From positions 40,486,001-40,550,000 of the forward strand of contig OX597828.1 of the NCBI GenBank assembly GCA_951406725.2: a stretch of DNA of 64,000 bases. The letters are read 5' to 3'. Under the pieces are notes generated by a model. It was given only the letters and a program-made list of their open reading frames with translations. It had not been told where the DNA came from and made no database searches. Each line of letters starts with the position of its first letter. The stretch's first letter is position 1. The position numbers and the translations under genes were made by a program. This document shows, in pieces, positions 1-14,011 of the stretch. This stretch comes from Octopus vulgaris (Eukaryota).

Positions 1-849
1 ATAGAAAAGACAAGGAGAACATACTATGGTGGGGTGCCAGTTGTTGGAGCGTAATGATGAGTGAAGATTTGCCAATCAGATGAAGAGTATTTCTTTCTCT
101 CAAAACATTCCATAGCATGCATGCATGCATGTGTGTGTGTGTGTGTGTGTGCATGTATACCATTTCTAATATATCAGCAATATGGCAATGGGCATATTGG
201 TGCATATTTCATGAGATATAATTTATTTCATTGCTATCTATCTATCTATATATATATATATAAACTATGTATTACACTGATATCAAATGTAACATGTGGT
301 TCACATTTCCAAGTTATCTCTAAAAATATATCAGTAATTATGGAACAAATTAAGTTATTATTTATTTGGTTTTATTTTCAACTGTTTCAGAATAAGATCT
401 GAACAGATTTTAAAATGTTATCATCATTCTGGCATCCGCTCTACTCTCCTGGCATGGATTAGCAAATATTTAACTACACAAACATCATTTGTAAAAGACT
501 ATCTTAAGCCTATCCACAACACATCTAAAAAAGAAAAGAAAGAAATAATCAGGCTTTTAATCCCCTTGTTACCATATTTCTGTTGAAATACACTGCCTCA
601 GTTTCAATTAATTTTTGATGGAAGGTCTTAATGTGGATCACTTTTAAACAGATTTGTATCATTGAACCAGGGGTGGTCTTAGATAGATTGGTATCGAAAT
701 GTATTGCCAGCATAATCATCATCATCATCTTTCAACATTCATCTTCCATGCTTGTATGGATTCAACAGTTAAATAGAATCCAAAGGGCCCAAGAACTGCA
801 CCATGTTCCAATGGCTAATTTTTTTTTGGATGCTTGCAAATGCAGGGCT

Positions 850-1289
850 GAGCATGGGTAACAGAGACCTTCAGTGTAATAACAGCCACATCTCTCCACA
901 CCGGTTGATTGTTGATCTACACCGGCTAGGGTGAATGTGTGCACAATGCACTTACCAATCTGATGTAAGCTGAACACAGAATGCAAACATGCTTGAGAGA
1001 CAATCAGTTTCAAATTGGCGGAAACATTCGTAGAGACTTTTCTAATGCAACAACAGGATCATGGGAAGGAAGACAATACAAACATTCTAAACAGGCGAAA
1101 ATATTGACTGAAGATGACCCCAAATCTAGAGGTGCCCCAAAACTGGGAATAATGTTGAGAGGACTGTATCAATAGTGGAAGGAACTATTTCAAAAGAGAC
1201 AAGTCTGATTTAATTAACAAAACAATAACTTTTTTCTATTACAAAAAAAGGTGAGGGAGGTCCAGTTTCTTTTTAAGCACAGTGGCATA
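850..1289 (+). mobile_element. Decayed, internally deleted mariner element
   Basis: Frameshifted remnants FKLAETFVETFLMQQQDHG and EDDPKS (mariner N-terminal HTH region) joined to W..C..DCINSGRNYFKRDK (mariner C-terminus); TIR-like end gtccagtttctttttaagcac. Left boundary approximate. Confidence 0.65.
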
Positions 1290-1690
1290 GGGGTGGCTGT
1301 GTGGTAAGTAGCTTGCTTATGAACCACATGGTTCCGGGTTCAGTCCCACTGCATTGCACCTTGGGTAAGTGTCTTCTACTATAGCCTCGGGCTGACCAAA
1401 GCCTTGTGAGTGGATTTGGTAGACGGAAACTGAAAGAAACCCGTCGTATATATGTATATGTGTGTGTGTGTGTGTATATGTTTGTGTGTCTGTGTTTGTT
1501 CCCCCAACATCGCTTGACAACCGATACTGGTGTGTTTATGTCCCCGTAACTTAGCGGTTCGGCAAAAGAGACTGATAGAATAAGTACCAGGCTTACAAAG
1601 AATAAGTCCTGGGGTCGATTTGCTCGACTAAAGGCAGTGCTCCAGCATGGCTACAGTCAAATGACTGACACAAGTAAAAGAGTAAAAGAG
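1284..1690 (+). mobile_element. SINE family A (tRNA-like head, CORE-like segment, internal TA/TG microsatellite, AAAAGAGT tail), full length
   Basis: Box A-like tggctgtgtggtaag; box B-like ggttcagtccc; accttgggtaagtgtc resembles the CORE domain; near-identical copies occur throughout the window. Confidence 0.88.
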
Positions 1691-3292
1691 ATGTTATATT
1701 TCATTACACACACACACACACACACACACCTCTCTTCAATTAATCTTTTGTTCATGGTTCGAGTTTAGCTACTGGACTGCTGCAAAGTTCAAACCTCACT
1801 AGATAGTGTTATTTCTCAACCCACCTTTGAGTAAGGAACATAACTAAGTACCTCTCACTGCCTGGTTGACAAATAAATGACACCCTTTTTTTCCTTCCTA
1901 GCCTGTCAAGTGATTATGCCAGATGGGCAACTAGCAGTAAAAACAATTGTGCAAACAATATGGAAATTTTTTCAAAATTTTCAAAAAGCAAAAGAAACAT
2001 TTTATCCACATCAAATTAGGAAAATATTTCCTTATTTTTTCTTGTAAAAAAGAAAAAGAGAAATTCAATGCTTCATTGTAGACATTTCTTAGAATTGATA
2101 TTTAATGGTTCTTTCTAATAGCAACTCTATAAACTATGAAGTCAGAATAAATATTACTAATTTTCCAGTTCAGTTGATAGAAGAAATAATTTTAGTGTAT
2201 TTACTTTAGTGGCTTTTTGGCTTTTAGATTCTTCTTTTCTTTTCTTTTTTTTTTTTTTTAGATTTACAGGTGAAAGTTTTATTTCATAAATTCTGACTCG
2301 TTTTCAATCAGATCTGTCACCTGTGCACCATATCGTAATAGATTTTGAAATTTATTGTTTTCTCAATATTTATCAAGACCATTCTGGAACTATGCAAGTC
2401 TTGTAGAATAATGGTAAACTTTCAGCTTGTAAATTAATTCCAATTTCCCACAGAATCATTTCCACTTCACTCCATCAACCTAGGGAAGAATAGGATTTGG
2501 CAAACTGCTGGTTCTCCACTGACATACATAAAGGAGATAAATTAGTTAATGGTACCCTCACTGTCCCAGTAAAAATAATGGATATTTACATTTACATTTA
2601 TTATAGAATTAGACCAGCCGCATATATTGTTTAAGGACTCAACTATAATGGTAAAATGTTAATCCATCTTTAGTCACCACACATTTTGTACTACATAGCA
2701 CCTATAGTATCCTCTATGGAATTGGAATGAGACAAGTGGACACAACTGTTTGGACACTGAAGATTTGGCCCAGCTGACTGAACATTCGGCTTGTTTCAGT
2801 GAAAGTACTTTTTGGCACTGGAAGCAAATGCACACACACAGAGAAAGAGTGAGAGAAAGAGAGAGACATTACAAATTATTGACTGACACACATTTTCCCT
2901 CTCCTCACTTATAAAGAGAAATATGCTCACATACATAAACAGAGAGACAGACAGACAGACAGGCAGTGAGGGAGAGAACAAGGGAAACATCAAAACAAGA
3001 TAATAACATTAAAATGTCTGATGTCAAATAAGTCAGCATTGAATCAGTAACACCAAATAGGCGGCACCAAAAATGACCGCCAAAATGTCTCATGCCCTAC
3101 AGAACTAAATGCCATTGGAAAAGAAGCTACATGCTTTTGGGCTTCATTTATTTCTCACCCCTTAGATAAGTGGTTTCCTGTCACAATGTGCCATACTCCT
3201 AACTCAACCCATGTAACATAAAAAAAAAAACAAGACCCCAATAAACATTTTCTAGGAGGCACCTTCTACAGTACATGTTGCACTCTCTAGAA

Positions 3293-3971
3293 CAATGGTT
3301 TTCAACTGGGGTCCATATAAGATTTTCAAAGGTTCAGGCACGAAAAATAGTCAATTGGGGATACACAGTTATATTTTAAGGGCTCATGAAAAAAAATTTG
3401 ATTTCAATATATTTATTGCAAGAAAAAGCTAATTATTTTTTCTCTAATATTTTACAGACTTCAACATGTTTCCAGACACTGAAACATGTTCTCTTAGAGC
3501 AGTGATTCTTAAACTTTTTGGGGCTGCTGCCCCCTTGACATTCGAACCACATCCCAAGCACCAACCCCCACCCCCACCCACCCATTCAGCACCACAAATG
3601 TAGACCAATTTTTGCAGCAAATTCAAAACAACAATTTTTCACAAATAAAACTCAACCTAATTAACTCATTTGGGTGGGGGAGGAGTGGGGAGGGTTTACA
3701 TTCATCACCCCGTTTTGGCCACCCTATTTTCACCCCACTTTTCTTCAACGTCCTGCAGAGGGGCAGTACCGCCCACTTTGGCAACCACTGTCTTAGAGCA
3801 TGCTGTTGCAAATCTACACAAGTGAATGTGCGAAAAACGAAACAGGAATTTTGAAAGAACCATCTTTAAAACTAGTATTTAAACATGGAATGGCGATGGG
3901 GGAGGGGTGTTTACCAGAATAAAATACGAATTAAAGGGGTCCATGAGTAAAAAAACAGTTAAGAACCACTC
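3293..3971. mobile_element. Outer hAT-like MITE, interrupted by a second hAT MITE
   Basis: Ends caatggttttcaac...gttaagaaccactc resemble CAGTGG TIRs; ggggtccat subterminal motif at both ends; left flank ctctagaa. Right-hand TSD not preserved. Confidence 0.6.
3500..3790. mobile_element. hAT (Charlie-like) MITE with perfect 8-bp TSD
   Basis: Termini cagtgatt...aaccactg; TSD tcttagag at 3492-3499 and 3791-3798. Confidence 0.85.
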
Positions 3972-6617
3972 AAAACATACCCTCAACAATTCCACAAAGC
4001 TTTCCAAAATAGTTCTTCCTAACTTCATAATTATCTTGACAATGAGTTTTCTTGAAAGCTATCTTGCGCCAGCTGGTTTACTTAATATGGATAGAAATAT
4101 AAATTTCATGGTTAACTTCTCCTAAAACACCCTTTAATACCATAGAACAGAACACAGAACATAAACACAGCAACCGGTTTCATGTGAGAACCCCACCTTC
4201 ACAATCACCACTGCCACAACAATTTATTGCAGACAACTGTGTTTGCCATGCCAAAATGTGCGTTAAGTCCTAACCATGTTTTGCTAAGCTAGGATGATGT
4301 TTGGATTGGTGAAAGAGCTCATGTGAAAGTTAAGGGTAATTAATCATACCACATAAATAACACCATATGTTTCAGTCTCCCACCACCCCTACTATCACCA
4401 TCATCGTCATCATCATCATCATAATTATCACCACCCTACAGAAGAGAAGGGAGAAGATATCTGTAATACTAAAGATAAATAGCATTTGTCTTTTTGTTGT
4501 TTGATTTTTGCATATTTTGGTATTGTTATCTTATTATAAATGAGATGTAATTTGTTGCTTCATAATGATTTTTATTTTTACCATGACAAGTTCTGTCCTA
4601 CCCTCAATTTTAAGTGCAGAGTGTGTACATATGTACACATACAAACTACATGCATATTTAATTAGTAGAATTATCACCCACCCAATAACTTACTGGTATT
4701 TCACACACCCCTGTCACTAACACCATGATGAGAGAGATGAAACAAGATGCCATTAGGAAACTTTCTAGTACCAGCAGTGACTTGCAAGTGCATAAGAACC
4801 AGTGAGAGTGCATCTTTGATGCAAAAATAATATAACTTTAATTCTACAAATCCATAGTTTTGTAACTCATATTAAATTACTGTTGTGGTTTTAAGGGTTA
4901 AACCATTTTAATTTTGATTTTTAAAGACTTTGGCAGTAAGTCATTTCAAATAATGAGTGTGGGTGAAATTACGCCTATGGACAAAATGTTTATCACTCTT
5001 GATCAGTATGGTTTCTTGAGTAACTAGAAGTGACAGTCAGATCTTCACACAACACCTTATTATCTTCAAAAAGCAGAAGGAAACATAAGATAAACTAACT
5101 CAAGATACATTAAATCCGAAGACCAAAAAAAAGAAAAAAAGAAAAGAACAGGAAAGTCACAGCTAAAACATCTGATTAAAGGTCCTCTCAATCAAAGATG
5201 ATTTGGGGATAAAAGTCAACAGCAAAACAAATATTCCAGTGTCTTAAATATGAGAAAGATAGGTCAAATGATTTAGTCCTAGAGTTCATTAAAACTGATA
5301 GCATGATTTGCTAGTTGTTGTTGTTGCCATTCCAAAAAGGGATTCAACATTGCAATTTGGATTGAAGCCAAGACGCCACATTCTTGGGGTTGTTCCATCA
5401 ACCTAGCAGATTTCAATTAACAGTATTAGCCACACAGTGGATGACATGTGATACAAGGCATCATGTGGAGGACCATTGCAGTCTAGTCAGGTGCAGGCAA
5501 TTTCTGGACCTATTCAACTGTGATAGTCATTTCACATGGATCATAAGATGGAGGGTACCTATACCAGGATACACTTTGTTTTCCATGATGGTATCCTTTA
5601 TTCTTATTCATCATGTGCTTGTCTGACAGTGGGTAACTTCTCAAAAGTATTTGAAGTTAGTAGGCTCAACTTACTTTGGCACATGCTAAACAGTGAAGAA
5701 ACATTTTAAATCTGGAACCATATTCCAAATGGAATATAAATTTCTCTACCAAACTTGCCTGAGGCAAAGATGTCAGAGCCAAGTTATCCGCAAAGGAAAA
5801 TATACAAAACTGTTGTATGCCTTGATTAAGGATGCAATGTAATGGTTATAGTTAATCAATACGTCTTGTGAATTAACAGTCCTGACACAAACACACTACA
5901 TACAAGAAGCAATACAGCTGAATAGATAAGGAACTCAGCTACCATCTCATGAAACTTGAGTTCAAATCCAAAGCAGTATTTCAATGTGGATATGGTTAAT
6001 TCACTTAATTTTACCTACATGCCTTAATTTGGTTCACTGTTAGCAACATGGACGAGATCGTCTGCAGGATGTTACCCAAGATAGACTGATTCATAAAACA
6101 AAGGAAGATTTGTTTCAACTGTTTAACATTTTGAAACCATAGATAACCAACAGCCCTTAACAACTTTTCCCCTCCTGTTTTTTGCAGATACTTACATAAA
6201 GTTATACACAGCTAATTGTACAGAGACACTCATATCTGCCTACAAACAGCTCGACTAAAACACACATGCCTACATTCCCTCATCCCGACAGACACAAGCT
6301 ATTAAAAACATATGAAATTAAAAACTGCTCAATTTCTAATTAATCTGCTTATGTAGCAGGGTGTGTCCCAGCACACAGTAACTAATAAATAAAAAGCAGT
6401 ACTTTGATATACGTGTGCCATTACCAAAATAGAAGCTTAGATATATTTCCTTTTGTTATGCGAAATTAGTTTGTAATGTGAAAGATTGAAATTGAGCTAA
6501 ACTAATATAATCCAAAGAAAATTAACTTTTATTACACAGGTAAAACGTATACAGAAAACCAGGAATTTGTGATGTTCATCCTATTTCTAAATGATTTTAG
6601 CAATTTATTTACCTATT

Positions 6618-7015
6618 GCATGTAGGTGTGGCTGAGGTAAGAAGCTTGTTTCCCAGTCACATGATTCTGGGTTCAATCCCACTGTGAAGCACCTTAGCCA
6701 AGTATCTTTTCCTATAGCCACAGGCTGGCCAAAGCCTGTCATATACATACATACATACAAACATATATATGTATATATATGTATGTATATATACGAAAGA
6801 AGCGCATCATGTGCGTGTGTGTGGCTGTTTGCCCTCACCATCACTTGACAACTGATACTGGTCTGTTTACATCCCTGTAGCATAGCAGTTCAGCAAAAGA
6901 GATCAATACAAAGAATAAGTCCTGAAGTTGATTTCTTCAACTAAAAACCCTTTAAAACGGTGCTCCAGCATGACCGGAGTCAAATGACTGAAACTAGTTT
7001 AAAAAAATAAAAGAA
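6618..7015 (+). mobile_element. SINE family A, diverged copy
   Basis: Same head, internal microsatellite and gctccagcatg...caaatgactgaaac tail as 1284-1690. Confidence 0.8.
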
Positions 7016-7399
7016 TCTGAAATCTTTTCTTTATGGTCAGTTAGCAAAAATCTTTAAATGCTGACTTTTACATAACAAGGCCTTCAAATGCAAGCTAGAA
7101 AGACATTGCAAATTTAAATATGTGGATATTCATCATGTCTACCCTTGAACTGACTACTTGTCTTTTACTCAACAACTGTCCTTCCTAATCAATTCCTGTT
7201 TGTATTGATCCTATGTGAGAATGTTGCACAACAGTTAAGAATAAAACAGGCAATAATGAATACACATCTGTGGTTATTGTGCCAAGCCTTGCTATCGATG
7301 TTATATTGTAATCCTTGTAATACATGGCAGAAACAGTAGTGTTCTATAACAATCACTGGTGTTATTCAGTTACCTCCCTTGCTGTTGTAAGACATTTTT

Positions 7400-7820
7400 G
7401 GATCTTTTCGGTTTGAACGGCAGTTTTTAACATAATTTCTAGGTCACTAAAAAATTTTAAACTTCGTATACTGGTAGAATGTGTTTATAAAACATCTTTT
7501 TCTCTTGGCTTTATTGAGAAAATTCTATAGTTTGTAAGATATTGTTTTTTTTTTCTTCAATTTCTGCAATTTCAACCAATCACTGACATCTACTGAGGTA
7601 AAAAGCATTCTGTGCCGTGTGAATATGTCCATCGTTTAAGAAACAGATTGCGTTTATTTACATTTGTGAAAAAAAAAAAGATACCCTTTTCCCCACCCCT
7701 AACCCTAACTAACCCTAAAATAGATTAAAATGCAATAGATTGATACTAGGGTCATAATTATGGGTGACAATTTCATATGACACTGCGAGAAAAAAACTGC
7801 CATTCAAACCGAAAAGATCC
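7400..7820. mobile_element. MITE with ~29-bp TIRs and 8-bp TSD (GG..CC termini, Merlin-like)
   Basis: TIRs ggatcttttcggtttgaacggcagttttt / aaaaactgccattcaaaccgaaaagatcc; TSD acattttt at 7392-7399 and 7821-7828. Superfamily assignment is inference. Confidence 0.85.
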
Positions 7821-8098
7821 ACATTTTTTTCTCTTCCATTCCTTCAGGATCCCTAAAAGTACCAGTAATACAATTAACTACAACGCACTCCACAATAGAT
7901 TTGTGGCTGTGTACTAACAAAAGCAATGATTAGAGTCTTTTTCTGATGTTTGTCCTTTTAATCAAATATGCTTTTCTTCATATACCTATCAACTTATGAA
8001 GCCAAAATTAACACCATAAATCCCATTCTGTCGCTCCCATAAGTACTATGTAGTAGCAACAGCAATACTTCCAACAGTAATTGGTGAACGAACGGGGT

Positions 8099-8393
8099 TT
8101 ACTCTTTTACTTGTTTCAGTCATTTGACTGCAGCCATGCTGGAGCACCACCTTTAGTTGAGCAAATCGACCCCAGGACTTATTCTTTGTAAGCCTAGTTC
8201 TTATTCTATCTCTTTTGCCGAACCGCTAAGTTACGGGGACGTAAACACACCAGCATCGGTTGTCAAGCGATGTGGGGGGGGGGGGCAAACACAGTCACAA
8301 ACACACACACACATATATACATATATACGCCGGGCTTCTTTCCGTTTCCGTCTACCAAATCCACTCACAGGGCTTTGGTCAGCCCAAGGCTAT
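8099..8393 (-). mobile_element. SINE family A, head missing
   Basis: Reverse complement of the family A tail and middle; homology stops at cccaaggctat. Confidence 0.82.
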
Positions 8394-8594
8394 GAGCAGA
8401 AGTTATCGTTGGAAAGCTATTTTTACCACTATGCGGGGGTGTCTCGAGAAAAATAATTTCACAACAGCACACTCATGGTCATGATCCATGCCCTCCTAAA
8501 ATTGGAGCGACATGCGTGCTAATTTGTGGACGTGCATAAAGTACATTCACATACACACACACACACACACATCCTGCCTTTTATAGATATAGAT
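8394..8594 (-). mobile_element. Possible non-autonomous Helitron 5' fragment
   Basis: Minus strand starts atctatatctataaaag followed by a (TG)n tract, typical of Helitron 5' ends. No CTRR 3' end seen. Confidence 0.4.
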
Positions 8595-9770
8595 GATGAT
8601 GATGATGATGATGATAGTAGGCTGAAAATTTGCTTTTGTGGTGGGTGGGATTGTTTGTGTGTGTGTGGTAGTGGGGGAACAAATATGGACATTTACATAT
8701 TGCTGTAGAAGGCATGTTGCTTTCTTACAGCTCATCAACTAGTAAATGAATGATGCTTGTTTCCCAATTAGGAATACCAAGTGAAGCAAATTTATGAGCC
8801 ATTACAGACGACATGATGGTTATCGGGGAATGGTCTCATGCACGATTTCCCAGCACATTAGGCTTACAAAAACAAAAAAAATGGTAAATAAGGCAAATCT
8901 AATCTTGCAGCCAGGCAGATCAGACTTGATTGTAGACTGCAATATGAGCTCGAAGAGAAAGAGAGAAAGAAAGTAGCAAGTGAAAGAGTGAATAATATTG
9001 TCAATGAATAAAATAGTAAAGAATGAGAGGTTTCATTGGCTATCAAGAGTAGCCATTGATAAGATGTTGGTAGTATGACCTCATTTATGTTCAATAAAAC
9101 CTATTAGGTTGTACTTTCACAGAATGTCAAGTAACAAGATGACGCTATAAAACAAGCCTAATTCCTGTCCTATCATTTAACAAGAGTCCAGAACATTAAT
9201 ATTACATCCATTAAGACCTGTTTTACACACATCAACTCTACTTCAAAACTGTCAGAGAAATAACTCAGAGACCACCTACTATTAACAAAGGTCATGTTTA
9301 CACTAACTCCTCCCTGTAAATCAAGACATGGATTTAATAGTAAAGTCCTACATTTTCAGTGTGGTTCTTCCATGTATTCATTACTTTTTAAACACCTTAT
9401 GTCAATTTTTCCTGCTATCATTGATAAAATAAATGCTTTATTTTCACAAGCAGATGAGGATATTTCTATTCAAGCAGGCAACATATTTAGCATGACAGCA
9501 TTTGAACTTTCTTTAAACGACTTCCCTACAATATTTTATAATGAGTCTTAATAGGTCAGCTCAAGCAGTGTTGTCTTAAGGCTTCTTTTGTCTACTACAG
9601 CTTACACTTGCACTGAAATACACAATGTATTTCATCAATAATAATACCTCAGGTTGCTGTTCTTAACATGAATATTAATACTACTCAGGGTTTACAATCT
9701 TACCCACTCTCAGAGTGCAAGATGCACAAAGAAGTTTTCTTTGTGATTTATAACCATAGCCTGTGGCTGG

Positions 9771-10016
9771 TGGAGGCACATGGCTTAGTGGTTAGGGTGC
9801 TGGCCTCATGATCGTAAGATTGTGGTTTCAATTCCTGAACCAGGCAATGCATTATGTTCTTGAGCAAAACACTTCATTTTACATTGCTCCAGTTCACTCA
9901 GCTGGCAAAAAAATAAGTAATCCAGTAACGGGCTGGTGTCCCGTCCAGGTAGGGAATATATACACCATGAAACTGGCCCGTAGGAGTCGGTATGATTCAA
10001 AAAGGTAATTTTACCT
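9771..10016 (+). mobile_element. SINE family D (tRNA head + CORE-like domain)
   Basis: tggcttagtggttaggg box A; gtttcaattcc box B; gttcttgagcaaaacact...gctccagttcactcagctg shared with 17410-17710 and 53140-53325. Confidence 0.8.
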
Positions 10017-10122
10017 CTTTTTTTTTTTTTTTTTTTTCTTGTAGTCTGTTGCTTGAAGAAACCTGGGAGGCTGTCTTAGGATATGCACCTTCAGTTTGGT
10101 GTTTTCCCAAAAAGGGATTCCT

Positions 10123-10259
10123 TTAACCCTTTTGATACCAACTTGACTGAAACCATCCTTGCTTGTATGATACAAACCATTTTGTTTATAAGGAATCTAA
10201 ATTAAAAATAGAAACACAGGTAGTGTATTTCAACAGAAATATCGTAACAAAAGGGTTAA
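10123..10259. mobile_element. Short piggyBac-like MITE (TTAA-CCC...GGG-TTAA)
   Basis: ttaacccttttgatacc...cgtaacaaaagggttaa; a related inverted end lies at ~557-620. Confidence 0.65.
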
Positions 10260-11144
10260 TACCCTAAGGCAGTGCTGACCGTGACTACAAGTGGTGCTAG
10301 GTTATCAAATTTACAACAATGATGCCTATCAAGTTTGGAACATTTTGAAATTAAAATACGCATTCTAAAAGAAAATTAAGCAGAGGTGAGACAACCAAGG
10401 AAGCCAAAATTAAGAAAATGCTTAGAAATATTAAGCTTGATCTAATACTATAAATGATAATAATTTTAATTTTTAGAATCAGTTTTACTTAAGGTATCCA
10501 GCAGGAAAGAAATAAACACAATGACAATGATTCCAGTTTTTAAGAAACTAGTCAGAGACAGCTAGAAGACTGGACTTCACTAATTACAAATACTAGGGGT
10601 AGAGTTTGATTCAATGATATACAAGCCATAATTCCAAGGACTCCACTGTGACCAATTAATCAGTTGAATAATTTCATATAATTTTCGCATTCTTACACTT
10701 CTATGCAATCTCAGAAAGAGAAAATATTTCTTATTTTTGGAATTAAAATTTTTCATTTACCAAAGGAATTTATTTGATCCTTCCTTAACAGTTTTACAGT
10801 AAGTATATGTACTTTTGTCAGTGGCATGGGAAATAGCAAGACTAGGGAGATGGAGAACATTTCATGAAATCAAATACACAGACAAGTACTAAAATATGGA
10901 TCAAGTTCACAGTATACATGGTAGATAATACTCATAAATCCTAGATGTAAATCTTAATAATCTTTTCAATTCACATGTCCTGGATAATAATAAAAAAGTA
11001 GTATTTGATATCCACAGAAGATACAGTTAAAAGAAGTAAACTAAACAGACACAGGAACAGACATGAGAATTCTTAAAGTAATTTCAGTAATTTTACAACG
11101 GTGTGCAAGAATAAACGTTTCCAAGTTGGATATCTTCTCCATAA

Positions 11145-11330
11145 TTCTTTCTAATTTTAGCACAAGGCCTGCAATTTTGAGGGAGTGAAGAGTCAACTAC
11201 ATCAACCCCAGTGATTGACTGTTACTTTATTTTATCAACCCCGAAGGAATGAAAAGTAAAGTTGTCCTTGGTGGTATCTGAATTCAGAGCACAAAGAACC
11301 GGAAGAAAGACCACTAAACATTTTGTCTGA
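11145..11330 (-). mobile_element. SINE family C (Nin/Deu-like domain), diverged
   Basis: aggcacaaggcc...tttatcaaccccgaaggaatgaaaagtaaagt matches 50636-50850. Confidence 0.7.
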
Positions 11331-13149
11331 GACACTATCTTGCATGTTCTCTTTAATATTAAGCATTTTTTAAAAATTATTCCGGAAAGAGGAATAATGC
11401 AAACAATTCTGGCAATCCTAGTTCCGTTAATGTTCAATTAACTGTTTCAACTCTCCAAAGTGATAATGATGATTATTCTCCTGTTAGTAAGACAGAATCA
11501 AAGAGGGGAAGTTGGGGTTTTTTTTTTTTGCTTGTTTGTTTGTTTGTTTTTTTGTTGTTTTTTTTTTGTTGTTTTTTTAAAGTTAGTCAGAAAAGTACAG
11601 TCAGTGCTCGTGACCTTCCTAAACACTCCCAGGCTGGAAAAAAGTGATGTAGATGAAGTTCAATCCAAACATTTGCAAACCATTGTCTGCTGTAGGAAAA
11701 AAGAAAAAAAAAAAAAAAAGGGAAGCAAAGAAGGAACTACTAAAAGCACCCATGGAACAATCTAGATAATGGCGTTAAACGAGGCAAAGCATTAAGCTTA
11801 CCACCCAAGTTAAGTAGCATCCCTAATTATTTAATTATGCCAAGCACCTCTATCACCCATAAACCATCGACTTATCAGTTTACAACCGTTAAACTCCCAT
11901 ATATTATATCTAACACTGCCCCACTCTACTTTTTTTTTTTGCCCAATAATGCAATTAAACAAGAACCTCTAGCTGACTTGAACTCATTCCTTACCAGCTT
12001 ACAATCATTAAAACAAGCTACAACATAATATTTACTCTCACCCTCTCCACTACTCTCTCTCTCTCTCAATCAATTAATCAATCATTTTACTTCCCTACTC
12101 TTAATAGTACACTAGATCTGCAAATTCACAAGTTTGCGAAAAAAATTTTTCTTCCCCTTTTTAAGTATTTAAAAAGATAGGTGAATTTTGTGCAGATAAT
12201 TCAGCATTTCTTTCTATCACTTGAATACCAGTTATCTTACTGGGATCTCATAAAAACATGAACTATCAAAGACAAACACTAGAATATAAAACTGTTTAGC
12301 TTTTATTTTATGACATTGCTTTTGAAGTGTGCAGTTTTTTTTTTTTTTCTTAAAAAAAAAAGAAATCATTTCTCATCTGCTACTACTACTACAACCTCAC
12401 TACAAATACTGCAAGCCACAATTGGTTGTTAATAATAGAATACAAATTCTATAGATACACTTTATTTGATATGAAAGAAATCAAAGCAATTATATGCTAT
12501 ATATATATATATATATATATTATATTACATGCAATCATATGCTATGTAAGTGCACAAGCATGTATGTACATATACATGTGTACAGATGCAGAATGTGTGT
12601 GTGTGACTGTGTGTGTGTGTGTGTTGACTGACTGTTAACTTGCCCAATCCATGCCAGAATGCAAAATGCTATAACCATTAACGCAAAGATAATGAGTGTG
12701 TGTGTGTGTGTGTGTGTGTTATTGTTGTTTTACATTCACTTTTCATATATGCACACACACATACACACACCAAATGGCTGAATGGGTTTTAAAAAATCTT
12801 CTTTGCAATTGAGATCCCACCATGAGGAAAAAGTGAAGTCTGAGACATGGATTATAACAGTAACTCAGAGTATCAGCCTTAGCATGCATACTCACACACA
12901 TGTACACACTCACAGAGTCTCTTGTGGATTCTGTCTGAGAATTACATATGGACCCAAATACATGTATTTGTGCATGTGTGCATAGAGATACATGTATGTG
13001 CATATTTGTGTGCCAACACACACACATACACTTGTGTGTGTGTTTGAAAGAGAAAAAAAGAAAGAGGGAGAAATCATTGGCTACTGAGAAAGTAACTAAG
13101 GAAGGTAGTGGTACACATGAGAAAGAGAGAAACAGAGAGAGAGAAAGAA

Positions 13150-13190
<41 letters not shown>

Positions 13191-13804
13191 TTACTCAACC
13201 AGTGATATATGTGAGTGCAGCAGCAGCAGCAGTAGTAGTAGTTGTAGTAATAGTAGTATTTAAAAAATAATAATAGCTCAAAGAAGGAAAAGATTTGCCA
13301 ACAAGCTGATCAATATTTAATAAGTCTTCTGCTAAATTGAGAACTGCCAAAGAAGATTTTCTTACCGTCAGTATTTATTGTATTAAACAAAAAATAAATA
13401 ATAAATGAATAAAAGAGCATTACCAAAAAACAAAAAAAAAAGTACAAAGAAATCCACAAACAAATAAAAGAGGTCAGAATAAATTATAGGTCCATGTAAT
13501 TCATGTTTTATTATAGTAATATTAATAATAATTTTGTTTGTGAGATCAATTATTTTCTCTAATAATATGGGAGTGTTTTAACAGCAGCACAGCATACACA
13601 AGAACCAGTCTCTCCTCTTCCTCACATGAATGTACTATGAATATTATACTCACTCCTGTTATCGTTTCATGCACCCGCCACCCGCCGTATTGAAGCAAAT
13701 AGCTTTTAGAGCAAGACATCTTTTCCTGGAACCAAAGACAATTTAAGAACAAAGTGATTTTCACTTGTGCGGAAGAGGCATTCTTAAACACCCAGCGATC
13801 AGAT

Positions 13805-14011
13805 TATTCTGTGAAATGTAATTCTTATTTATTCACTGTGGCTTGAATTAATCATGCATTATCTCACAGCTTTGGGATTTCAATGATGTGACCATTTATT
13901 CTTAGAATGACACTGTGGGGTAGGGTATGAGAGGCCAGATCTGGCCAGTTTGAACATAAAACAAGTAGGATATCTGGGCCAGATATGGCCAGTTTAACTG
14001 CTAAAGGGTTA
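13805..14011 (-). mobile_element. piggyBac-like MITE family E
   Basis: Ends tgctaaagggttaa; internal gagaggccagatctggcc shared with the 44505, 55240 and 63145 copies. Confidence 0.7.

Noticed and set aside
2230-2276. Plus-strand microexon (tag|atttacag|gtgaaa)
   Set aside because: The donor is weak, and poly-T followed by AG is common by chance in this composition.
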